From: an uncultured Nitrososphaerota archaeon
GTDB lineage: Archaea > Korarchaeota > Korarchaeia > Korarchaeales > Korarchaeaceae
DNA: 32,000 bases
Reading direction: 5' to 3'
NCBI GenBank assembly: GCA_964480775.1
Contig: CAYZRF010000004.1
Span: forward strand, 56,816 to 88,815
Within the stretch, counting starts at the first letter, position 1. Each line of letters begins with the position of its first letter. Positions 17,621 to 25,609 of this stretch are shown here, piece by piece. The notes beneath the pieces were generated by a model. The model was not told the origin of the DNA. It saw only the letters and a program-made list of their open reading frames with translations, and made no database searches. The position numbers and the translations under genes are program-made.

Positions 17621-18502
17621 CATGACCTCAATGAAGTAGATTGACGCCACCAACCAAGGTTCTTTCATTTTCTTAACTCTGAGAAGAACTCCTATAAATG
17701 AAAGATGGGGTGGAGGAACTAGAAAACCATCTTTTCCGATTGAGGTTGGTATCTTTTTCTTCATTTTCTTCCAAGAAAAGAGTTTGAGCAGAAAATCTAA
17801 GGCATGAGGAGCCATTAATATAAGAAATGGGGTGACTAGATCCCCCACGACAGAAATGGAGGCTAAGAATGCCCCCATTTGAAAGGTTGAGCAATTGCCA
17901 GGGAAGGTCTTGGCTGGATAAAAGTTAAAATATAGAAAAGCAAGATAAGAGGCCGAAAAAGAAGCTAAAATTATGCCTTCAACCTCATGGCCACTCAAAA
18001 AGGCTAATAAAGACAGTGTTGAGCCTGATATGACTGAAAGGCCGGCCTCTAGACCATTAAAACCTGCAAATGTGTTTGTAGCATTTGCGGAGAACGTGCC
18101 TAATAAAACAATTAAGATCAGGGCTAGATATCCTTGGAATGAGAAACAAAAAAAGCCGATTCTATCGAGATAAAAGCCCAAGGGGATGAATGAAATGGCC
18201 GATAGGAGAACCTTCTCAGAATCCTTAAGGGATATCGTGTCATCCAATAAGCCGATGAAGATCGCCGCTAATGAAATGAGGACTACTAGTTCTCTCCAAG
18301 CACCAAGTGATTTTGGTAATAATACAGCAATGGTTGCGATAAATGCAGCTGGAAGGCCACCTATCCTCGGAACGACCTTACGAGTTCTCTTATGAATGTC
18401 CTCTGAAACCAATCCTCTGTCTTCACACATCTTTATCCATTTTTGAGTCGTTATGTAGCTAGTGATAAAGCAAAACAAAGGCAAAACTGCCAATAGAGAC
18501 AA
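17576..18502 (-). CDS. Glycosyltransferase family 4 (MraY/WecA-like polyprenyl-phosphate sugar-1-phosphate transferase), paralogue 1
   Basis: 308 aa polytopic membrane protein. LLDDTISL (DDxxD-like) and NATNTFAGFNGLEAG (NxxNxxDGxxGL-like) motifs. Its 3' end overlaps the gcvPB 3' end convergently by 45 nt. Confidence 0.75.
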   Translation of the reverse strand: MSLLAVLPLFCFITSYITTQKWIKMCEDRGLVSEDIHKRTRKVVPRIGGLPAAFIATIAVLLPKSLGAWRELVVLISLAAIFIGLLDDTISLKDSEKVLLSAISFIPLGFYLDRIGFFCFSFQGYLALILIVLLGTFSANATNTFAGFNGLEAGLSVISGSTLSLLAFLSGHEVEGIILASFSASYLAFLYFNFYPAKTFPGNCSTFQMGAFLASISVVGDLVTPFLILMAPHALDFLLKLFSWKKMKKKIPTSIGKDGFLVPPPHLSFIGVLLRVKKMKEPWLVASIYFIEVMLGFFALIVSYVYFP

Positions 18503-18513
18503 TTTTTCAGACC

Positions 18514-18795
18514 CTATGCTCTTTCAATAACTGCTATCGCTTGGGTTGGGCATGATACTTCACAAGCCCTGCACACAAAGCAATACGAAAGTCTTTCTTC
18601 TTTTACCTTCATCTTGCTCGAGCCCATTTCGTAAATGTTCGCTGGACACAGGTTCTCACACATTCTGCAGCCTGTGCACTTCTCCTCATCAAGCAAGATA
18701 GTCACTCCGTGTTCCCCTTGAATGCCCATAGGTCGGTCCCTAAACCCCAAACCCTCGAATTTTATTAATTCATCCATGCTGGCAGAAGTAGCCAA
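18514..18795 (-). CDS. 2x[4Fe-4S] ferredoxin-like protein
   Basis: 93 aa. Two cluster motifs, CTGCRMCENLCP and CFVCRACEVSCP. The start may be the internal ATG at 18777 (MDELIKF...). Confidence 0.8.
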   Translation of the reverse strand: MATSASMDELIKFEGLGFRDRPMGIQGEHGVTILLDEEKCTGCRMCENLCPANIYEMGSSKMKVKEERLSYCFVCRACEVSCPTQAIAVIERA

Positions 18796-19779
18796 ATGAA
18801 CCTGACGATTTCTCTAGTAGCAACCTTAATGCTAGGATACCTATCCACTGAACTCCTACTCCGCTCCTTCATTCCAAGACTGAGATCTGCTGGAATCCTA
18901 GGAAAGGATGTTCATAAACCAGATAAACCTGAAGTAGCTGAGAGGGGCGGTTATGCCCTAGTTCTTGGCATAATAATGGCCCAAATTGCCGTCTCGGTGG
19001 CAGTAAGGCAGGTTCAAAGGTATTCTCTCACCCTTCTTTGTTCTATGCTCATAGCTGCCATAGTAGGATCCTTAGATGATATGATAGATCTAGGTGGGAA
19101 ATTGAAACCCCTTCTATCCCTCCTTTCAGGTTTACCTCTCCTTACCTCCGGATTACTTCATCCTAGGCCAGTGTTGCCCATCATAGGAGGGACAAGGCTG
19201 TACTATGTTTACCCAATAGCAGCTTTCCTCCTGCCAGGTGTATTTTCAAATGCTATAAACATGATAGATGTTCTTAACGGCATGATGGCTTCGAATAGCA
19301 TAATCATCCTTCTTTTCCTTTCGATAATCTCAATAATATCTGGAAATCATACGGGATTGGCTTTGACAACTTCGTTACTTGGTCCATTAATTGCCTTCTA
19401 TGGATACAATAAGTACCCGGCTAAAGTGTTCTCAGGAAACGTTGGATCCCTATCTGTAGGTTCTTGTTTAGCTTCCATGGCGGTGTTGAGTAGGCTCGAA
19501 GCCCCATTTGCTATTGCAAGCATTCCTCTTCTCATAGGCGGATTCATGATTCTAGCAAGTGTGGGGGGCTTCAAAGAAAAGAAAGAAATGAAAATAAGAC
19601 CTGTAGAAGTTCGCAACGGCATTATTAATGCAAATCCAGATCCTAAGGCACCTATAACCCTTGTTTCTATCTTAACGCTAGATAGAGGTAAAGAGGAGCC
19701 AAGGATAGTACTTGAGTCGAATCTATTGTTCATAATCTCTGGAATATTAGCCTTACTTACTTACGTGTTCCTAACTTAG
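18796..19779 (+). CDS. Glycosyltransferase family 4 (MraY/WecA-like), paralogue 2
   Basis: 327 aa polytopic membrane protein. GSLDDMIDL and NAINMIDVLNGM motifs are equivalent to those in paralogue 1. Confidence 0.75.
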   Translation: MNLTISLVATLMLGYLSTELLLRSFIPRLRSAGILGKDVHKPDKPEVAERGGYALVLGIIMAQIAVSVAVRQVQRYSLTLLCSMLIAAIVGSLDDMIDLGGKLKPLLSLLSGLPLLTSGLLHPRPVLPIIGGTRLYYVYPIAAFLLPGVFSNAINMIDVLNGMMASNSIIILLFLSIISIISGNHTGLALTTSLLGPLIAFYGYNKYPAKVFSGNVGSLSVGSCLASMAVLSRLEAPFAIASIPLLIGGFMILASVGGFKEKKEMKIRPVEVRNGIINANPDPKAPITLVSILTLDRGKEEPRIVLESNLLFIISGILALLTYVFLT

Positions 19780-19782
19780 CGG

Positions 19783-20037
19783 GTGATTTGCGTGGATCGG
19801 GGTCTGTTGTTATCTCTCTTCTTAATCCTTACAGCATGGATTCTGGTAATCACAGGCTTATATCTCATTGCAGAAGCCTTGGTACCAATAGGAACACAAG
19901 GTGGGCTATCTACTAAGATATCAGGCACCATAAAAGTGATTGGGGCCTTCATCCTACTTGGGTCCTTACTTTATGCATGGTTTCTTTTGACAAGGTACTT
20001 GGTTCTCAAGCTCAAGAGTACGAGCTTAGACGCCTAA
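19783..20037 (+). CDS. Small two-TM membrane protein, hypothetical
   Basis: 84 aa. GTG start 3 nt after the GT4 stop. Two long hydrophobic helices. No family recognised. Confidence 0.45.
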   Translation: MICVDRGLLLSLFLILTAWILVITGLYLIAEALVPIGTQGGLSTKISGTIKVIGAFILLGSLLYAWFLLTRYLVLKLKSTSLDA

Positions 20038-21082
20038 TTTCCTCCCATAAGACCTCTGCAGGGTCCTCACAGGAGGATAAGAAAGATGACGCTTTCTTCT
20101 TAAGATAATCTCTCTCGTTCTCATCTTCCAAGTAACGTAATACTAGGGCAACGACGTCCTCGGGATCTGTCAGCTTAACCACGAGACCCTCATCTATTAG
20201 AAGCTGGGTGACGCAAGGTTCTTTATTTCCCGGGAACATTGAAACTGATGGAACACCAAGCAGGGCTGCCTCCCTTGTCATGGTACCACTAGCTCCTATG
20301 AACGCAATGGCCCTACTCATAAGAGGTAAGGAATCCATTGGATCCTTGATCAATATTAGTTGTTCTCCCAACTTCTCACTTAGCATGGGAAGATCTCTTC
20401 CCCTTGGGAAGAGGTATATCTTCAACCTTTGAATTCTTTTCGACAATGTTACGAGAGCTTTCTCAAATGAATAGGTGTTCGTCTTATTGTATAGGTAGGA
20501 TGCTCCAACTGGGGCTGGTCTAGCAACGATGTATGGCTCTTCTGTATTCCTAATTTCGGTCTTTTGAGATCTTTCAAAAAAATCTAGGATGTGTGCAACT
20601 TCCGTTACCCCCTTAAATCGCCTTATTCTGTCAAGAGCCCCAGTACTCTTCAGAACTTCTTCTGGAAAGACCTCGGGCACCACTACAGTCTGACTTAAAG
20701 GAAAGATCAGTTTGCTAACGTGAAAACTCAAATCGTTGTCATTCAAGTTCACGGATGGGATGCCGAGACCGAAGGACACTCTTGCCAACTCGGGTGACGC
20801 TTTAGATGAGGCAACATCCGGGGAAAACTCAGCTACAATATTTGCTAGTAAGGAAACTCTCTCTAAATGTTTCAAAAGTTTTTCGGCCAAAGAAATGCCA
20901 TGAGAACCAACAACTCTTATTTTATCTGAATATTCCCGAAGAAAAAGGTTTATAAGCCCAGGAAGGGCGTCTAACCGCCTACAACTTATTAAAAGATCTC
21001 TTATCTCACTTTTATGCCTTCGCAATAGTCTCAAAAAGAGTCTTATGTGTGGAAGATTGACTAAATCAATCCAAAGTCTCAT
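20012..21082 (-). CDS. DUF354-family protein (GT-B-like, predicted glycosyltransferase/epimerase fold)
   Basis: 356 aa. N-terminal MRLWIDLVNLPHIRLF matches the DUF354 hallmark (IWIDI.N.PH..FF). The C-terminal GASGTMTREAALLGVPSVS is typical of a GT-B nucleotide-sugar binding half. Confidence 0.65.
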   Translation of the reverse strand: MRLWIDLVNLPHIRLFLRLLRRHKSEIRDLLISCRRLDALPGLINLFLREYSDKIRVVGSHGISLAEKLLKHLERVSLLANIVAEFSPDVASSKASPELARVSFGLGIPSVNLNDNDLSFHVSKLIFPLSQTVVVPEVFPEEVLKSTGALDRIRRFKGVTEVAHILDFFERSQKTEIRNTEEPYIVARPAPVGASYLYNKTNTYSFEKALVTLSKRIQRLKIYLFPRGRDLPMLSEKLGEQLILIKDPMDSLPLMSRAIAFIGASGTMTREAALLGVPSVSMFPGNKEPCVTQLLIDEGLVVKLTDPEDVVALVLRYLEDENERDYLKKKASSFLSSCEDPAEVLWEEIRRLSSYS

Positions 21083-21103
21083 CCCTCACACCAAAATGAA
21101 TGA

Positions 21104-21232
21104 TGGGCCCGCCGGGACTTGAACCCGGGACCTCCGGCTTTCTTAGATTGTCCGGAGCGCAACCATATAAGGCTTACGCGTTGGCTCTCGAGAGCCGAAC
21201 TCGGCGCTCCATCCAGGCTGAGCTACGGGCCC
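21104..21232 (-). tRNA. tRNA with anticodon UAU (tRNA-Ile, AUA decoder) carrying two BHB introns
   Basis: The minus strand reads GGGCCCGTAGCTCAGCCTGGATGGAGCGCCG [28-nt intron, 21174-21201] GCCTTATA [26-nt intron, 21140-21165] AGCCGGAGGTCCCGGGTTCAAGTCCCGGCGGGCCCA. The spliced 75-nt product folds as a clean cloverleaf with anticodon arm CCGGC-CTTATAA-GCCGG. The anticodon TAT lies at 21169-21167. Both introns sit in 3-nt bulge / 4-bp helix / 3-nt bulge motifs that I folded by hand. Confidence 0.8.
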
Positions 21233-21294
21233 ACCTTCTTCTGATGCCATGTGCTATATTAAAAGTTTCCATACCAATGATCTTTAGAGCAACA

Positions 21295-21795
21295 ATGTCT
21301 CCCTCTTATGGACCTGCAGTGAGAGTTAGAATAGCAGATATACTCAATGGAGAGTTTGAAGAGGCTACTTTGGATGCAACAAGGTTCCTGAGACTGCCTC
21401 CTTTGTTGGGAATTTCAAGCTCTGTGAGCAGGGTGAGAATCTTAGGGGTAGTCACCTACACCATGATAAGCGATGACAGGAGATATGGCAAAGTAGTTGT
21501 AGAGGATGGAACTGGCGGAATATCTTTGAGAGTATGGGAGGAGGATGTCGATCTGATCATAGACCCCAAAACCGGCGATCCATATGAAGCAGGCACAATT
21601 CTCGACGTAATTGCGAGGGTTAGGGCTTATAAGGGGGAGAAATACCTCTATCCTGTTCTGATCGTAAGGCTTGATGACCCTAACTGGCTAATAGTTAACA
21701 ATCTAGAATTGCTGAGACGCCGTTTAAAGCTCATAATAACATCTCTAAGATCTTCTTCTGGGAAATCTAAAGTTTTAGAGTCAGATGAGGGCTAA
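21295..21795 (+). CDS. OB-fold nucleic-acid-binding protein (RPA32/Stn1-like small ssDNA-binding subunit candidate)
   Basis: VSRVRILGVVTYTMISDDRRYGKVVVEDGTGGISLRVWEED...ILDVIARVRAYKGEKYLYPVLIV is a typical anticodon-binding-type OB barrel. The track ORF start (21100) lies antisense inside the tRNA. I place the start at ATG 21295 (alternative 21277), downstream of the TATA-like TATATTAA at 21254-21261. Confidence 0.6.
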   Translation: MSPSYGPAVRVRIADILNGEFEEATLDATRFLRLPPLLGISSSVSRVRILGVVTYTMISDDRRYGKVVVEDGTGGISLRVWEEDVDLIIDPKTGDPYEAGTILDVIARVRAYKGEKYLYPVLIVRLDDPNWLIVNNLELLRRRLKLIITSLRSSSGKSKVLESDEG

Positions 21796-21880
21796 AGACC
21801 TTCAACTAACCCTCAAAAGTTCTAAACATCTTGCGGAACCTTTTTAGACCTCCTTTGTTAGATGAAACGGGATAGTCCGA

Positions 21881-22303
21881 ATGTCTTCAAAGGAAGAATA
21901 TCTCAAAATGCTGACCCATGCTAGGGAGAAGCTGCCCAAGGTATTAATCACAGGAGAAAGATTCCACCCACCAGATCCGGTGGTTGTAGTTGAAGGAGGC
22001 CAAACCCACATAATAAACTTCAGGGAAATCGGTGAGACTCTGGGAAGAGATCTGAAACTCATAGCCACTTTCCTATCCAAGAAGCTGGGAACCCCTTATA
22101 TGATCACCGAAAGAGAAAAGAAATTGGTTCTAACTGGTAGAATAAGGCCTGAACTAATAAAACCAAGGCTTGAGAGCTTTGTGAACACATACGTCATATG
22201 TCCTGTGTGCCATAGACCGGATACAACCCTGATAAAGTACAAGAGGGGTCTGATCTTGAAGTGTAATGCTTGCGGTGCGGAAACTCCCGTTCCAAAGATC
22301 TGA
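21881..22303 (+). CDS. eif2b: Translation initiation factor aIF2 beta subunit
   Basis: 140 aa. Conserved core (INF.EI...L.R....I..FL.KELGT) and the C-terminal zinc ribbon YVICPVCHRPDT...LKCNACGA. Confidence 0.9.
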   Translation: MSSKEEYLKMLTHAREKLPKVLITGERFHPPDPVVVVEGGQTHIINFREIGETLGRDLKLIATFLSKKLGTPYMITEREKKLVLTGRIRPELIKPRLESFVNTYVICPVCHRPDTTLIKYKRGLILKCNACGAETPVPKI

Positions 22304-22318
22304 AGAGGTGCCTAGCAT

Positions 22319-22654
22319 ATGAGCTCGGAGGAAGAGGACTTTGAGGCAGAGATGGAGCAACTGCTCCCTGCTGATGAGGAGCTCGAAGTTTTTGCTAGGG
22401 TGATCGAGCCCCTAGGGAAGAGGTGGTTCAGAGTAGAGTGTTCGGATGGAGTCGTCAGAATGGCAAGGGTTCGAGGAAAACTAAGGTCTAGGAGACATTG
22501 GATAAAAAGAGGAGATATCGTGCTGATTAGCATTTGGCCCTTCAAGAAGGATAGAGGGGACATAGCTGTAAGGTACAACCACCAACAAATAGCATGGCTC
22601 ATAAAGAAGGGATTCATAGACAGGGATTGGGTGGCGGGAGAAGAGATGGCCTGA
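22319..22654 (+). CDS. eif1a: Translation initiation factor aIF1A
   Basis: 111 aa. S1-like OB with FARVIEPLGKRWFRVECSDGVVRMARVRGKLR.R.WI..GDIVLIS.W. Confidence 0.9.
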   Translation: MSSEEEDFEAEMEQLLPADEELEVFARVIEPLGKRWFRVECSDGVVRMARVRGKLRSRRHWIKRGDIVLISIWPFKKDRGDIAVRYNHQQIAWLIKKGFIDRDWVAGEEMA

Positions 22655-23451
22655 TGAAGAAGGAGCTAGACTTAGATGAGCTAGAGGAGAAGATGCATGA
22701 ACTACTTGAAGAGCCTGAAAAAAAGAAAAGAATCAAGGATTCTGAATATAGGAAAGTTAAGCAGCTTGTATTTGATGAAAGGACCGTTAGAATTCTTGTC
22801 AAACTGTTTAACAAGGGTGTTATAGAGGATTTCACATGGATAGTTAGCACGGGAAAGGAGGCCGTTGTGTTGGCGGGAAGGGGACCCGAAGGTGAGATTG
22901 CTATAAAAATATACAAGATAGCCACTGCAAATTTCAAAAAATACTTGGATTACATCGCATTCGATCATAGGTTCGTTCCGACAGGCGATAAAGCTAGGAT
23001 AATACGTATTTGGGCCCAAAGAGAGTTTAGAAATCTGATGAGGATGCATCAAGTGGGAGTTAGGGTTCCAAGACCCATAGAAGTTCAAGGAAACATATTG
23101 GTTATGGAGTTTATAGGAGAAGAAGGGGAACCAGCGCCTCTTCTAAAGGATGTTTATAGCATGGAGAATCCAGAAGGCTTTCTAGTTGAGTTATTATCAG
23201 ATGTAAGGAAAATATACTTGGACGCGGAACTGGTTCATGGAGACCTGAGTGAGTACAACGTGATGTATTGGAAGTCGATGCCTTGGATAATAGACGTTTC
23301 CCAAGCGGTTCCCTTAAACCACCCTCTTGCACTAAGCATGTTACGAAGAGATGTTGAAAATGTGACGTCCTTCTTTAAAAAAAGGTTTGGAGTTAAGGTT
23401 CCTGACCCATATGAGTTTGTAGACGAGCTATTATCCTCTTCTCAAGCATGA
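22654..23451 (+). CDS. rio1: RIO-type serine protein kinase (Rio1-like)
   Basis: STGKEAVV glycine-rich loop, IAIKIYK catalytic lysine, LVHGDLSEYNV catalytic loop and IIDVSQAV metal-binding loop. I prefer the ATG at 22654, which overlaps the aIF1A stop (TGATG), over the track start at 22594. Confidence 0.85.
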   Translation: MKKELDLDELEEKMHELLEEPEKKKRIKDSEYRKVKQLVFDERTVRILVKLFNKGVIEDFTWIVSTGKEAVVLAGRGPEGEIAIKIYKIATANFKKYLDYIAFDHRFVPTGDKARIIRIWAQREFRNLMRMHQVGVRVPRPIEVQGNILVMEFIGEEGEPAPLLKDVYSMENPEGFLVELLSDVRKIYLDAELVHGDLSEYNVMYWKSMPWIIDVSQAVPLNHPLALSMLRRDVENVTSFFKKRFGVKVPDPYEFVDELLSSSQA

Positions 23452-24026
23452 AAGGGGGCCTGATTATGATAAGGATTCGTATTCCAAAGGAAAGGGTTGG
23501 AGCGCTCATAGGGAAAGAGGGTTCGATTAAGAACAGGATAGAGGAGCTGACGGGAGCGGATCTAAAGATCGACAGCAAGACTGGGGAAGTTGTAGTTTCA
23601 TTTCCCAAGGGATCTGAGGATCCGCTCATACCTATTAAAGTTGAAAGGATAATTAGGGCCATAGGCAGAGGATTTAGCCCAGAAAAGGCCTTAGATTTAT
23701 TGTCTGATGATTATGTGCTTGAGATAATAGACTTGAGGGCCATATTTGGCGATAACAAGAATGCAATAAGGAGGATAAAGGGCAGAATAATAGGAGAAGG
23801 AGGAAAAGCTAGACTGTACATAGAAAAGAGGACAGGGGCGAAGATATCTGTCTATGGCCACACGGTATCTATAATAGGGAGGTACTACAACGTGATCCCA
23901 GCCAAAGAAGCAATAATGGCTCTTATAGAAGGTAAAAGTCATGCTGCTGCCTATAGAAGAATGGAAAAGGAAATTGCACAGCTAAAGGAGGCCCAATTTG
24001 CTGAAAAAAGGTTGTTAGGTGAGTGA
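23448..24026 (+). CDS. Double KH-domain RNA-binding protein (archaeal Dim2/Pno1-like)
   Basis: 192 aa. Two KH GxxG loops (IGKEGSIKNRIE and IGEGGKARLYIE). ATGA overlap with the rio1 stop. Confidence 0.8.
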   Translation: MKGGLIMIRIRIPKERVGALIGKEGSIKNRIEELTGADLKIDSKTGEVVVSFPKGSEDPLIPIKVERIIRAIGRGFSPEKALDLLSDDYVLEIIDLRAIFGDNKNAIRRIKGRIIGEGGKARLYIEKRTGAKISVYGHTVSIIGRYYNVIPAKEAIMALIEGKSHAAAYRRMEKEIAQLKEAQFAEKRLLGE

Positions 24027-25609
24027 TAGCGTTGACAGGAAAACTAACTTCTGTTGAAAGGGAGGAGCTGGAAGAAATCAGCCCAGCTGATTTCTTCTAC
24101 AGAAATAAGGCGTTAGCTGGGTTTGATAATCCAGTTAAGGCTACATACACCATAGTCAGAGAACTCGTCGAAAATGCTTTAGATGCGTGTGAGGAAGCAA
24201 GAAGACTACCAGAGGTATTGATAACACTAGAAAAGATTCAGGAGAAGGACGCATCCCTAGATGTGGAATCTGAAGTTCCGACAGAGCTTTACACATTATC
24301 TGTCAGGGACAATGGAACTGGCCTGTTGCCCGAAGAGATACCTAGGGCATTTGGTCAGGTATTAGTGAGTTCTAAGTACAAATTGATACAGAGCAGAGGA
24401 ACCTTCGGACTTGGAGGTACCATGGCGCTACTCTACGGACAGATCACTACAAACATGCCTTTTGAGATCACATCCTCTACCGGCGGTAGAATTCATAAAA
24501 TCACGATGAAAATAGACATACAAGCAAATAGACCCGTTGTATTAGGAGAAGAGGTTCTAGGCGCCAGCATTGAGCCCTTCACAGAGGTAAAGTTGCACTT
24601 CAGAGGCAACTATCCCAGGGCAAAGTCGAAGATAATGGACTACTTGAAGCAAACAGCCATGATTACCCCTTATGCTAACATAGAATTCAGAGATCCTGAG
24701 GGCTCTCTATATGTTTTTGAAAGAAACGTCAGAGAACTTCCCTCCTTGCCAAGAGAATCGCTTCCTCACCCAAAAGGGATAGATCTAGAGCTTCTTCAAA
24801 GAATACTCAGGGGAACAAAAGCGAGGAGACTGGTTTCATTCCTCCAAACGGAGTTTCAGAAGGTGGGAAGGAAGACGGCCCTTGAGATCCTGAAGAGAGC
24901 GAACTTGGATCCAACTCTAAAACCGAAGAAGCTAACTCCGGAACAGATCTCTGCTTTGTTCAGGGCCATGACCAGTTATGAAAAGTTCCTTCCCCCAGAT
25001 CCAACGATACTCTCTCCGTTGGGAGAGAAGCTACTTATGGCTGGTATAAAGAAGGAGCTTAACCCTGAATTTGTTTGGGCAGTTAAAAGGCCGCCTTCTT
25101 CCGTCTGGGGTCATCCCTTTTTGGTTGAAACAGCAATAGCATATGGGGGGGACATAACTCCCACGGGCAAGGTCCAGCTGTACCGGTTCGCAAACAGGAT
25201 TCCGCTGCTCTACGATGCTTCCAGCGACGTCTCTTACTTGGTGGCTAAGAGGATTAACTGGGACGTTTATGGCATAAAATCCCTCGAAGAAGAACCCATC
25301 GCATTGTTCATTCATATCGTCTCAACTAAAATTCCTTTCAAGACTGTTGGTAAGGAGTTCATTGCAAACGAACCCGTTCTAGCTAAGGAAATTGAATTGG
25401 GTTGGAGAGAATGCGGAAGAAGACTTAAAGCATATTTATCAGGCAAAAATAGAGTTAAAAGGGCGATAAGCAGATATATAGCGTTTAAGAGGTATTATGA
25501 AGTCATAGCATCCTCTCTTGAAGAACTTACTGGAAAGAAACCAGCGGTAGAGGAGTTGCTCAAAAGGTTGACTCCTGCTACTGTAGAGGAAGGAGGTGTT
25601 GAGGGTTGA
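24023..25609 (+). CDS. top6B: DNA topoisomerase VI subunit B (GHKL ATPase)
   Basis: 528 aa. Bergerat-fold motifs ELVENALDA, VRDNGTGL and GTFGLGG, followed by the transducer domain. The GTG start overlaps the upstream stop (GTGA). Confidence 0.9.
   Translation: MIALTGKLTSVEREELEEISPADFFYRNKALAGFDNPVKATYTIVRELVENALDACEEARRLPEVLITLEKIQEKDASLDVESEVPTELYTLSVRDNGTGLLPEEIPRAFGQVLVSSKYKLIQSRGTFGLGGTMALLYGQITTNMPFEITSSTGGRIHKITMKIDIQANRPVVLGEEVLGASIEPFTEVKLHFRGNYPRAKSKIMDYLKQTAMITPYANIEFRDPEGSLYVFERNVRELPSLPRESLPHPKGIDLELLQRILRGTKARRLVSFLQTEFQKVGRKTALEILKRANLDPTLKPKKLTPEQISALFRAMTSYEKFLPPDPTILSPLGEKLLMAGIKKELNPEFVWAVKRPPSSVWGHPFLVETAIAYGGDITPTGKVQLYRFANRIPLLYDASSDVSYLVAKRINWDVYGIKSLEEEPIALFIHIVSTKIPFKTVGKEFIANEPVLAKEIELGWRECGRRLKAYLSGKNRVKRAISRYIAFKRYYEVIASSLEELTGKKPAVEELLKRLTPATVEEGGVEG

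Noticed and set aside
21100-21294. N-terminal 65 codons of track ORF 21100..21795 (MMGPPGLEPGTSGF...)
   Set aside because: This part is the antisense of the intron-containing tRNA gene. PPGLEPGTSG is the classic translation of an antisense tRNA T-arm. The real OB-fold gene most likely starts at 21295 or 21277.
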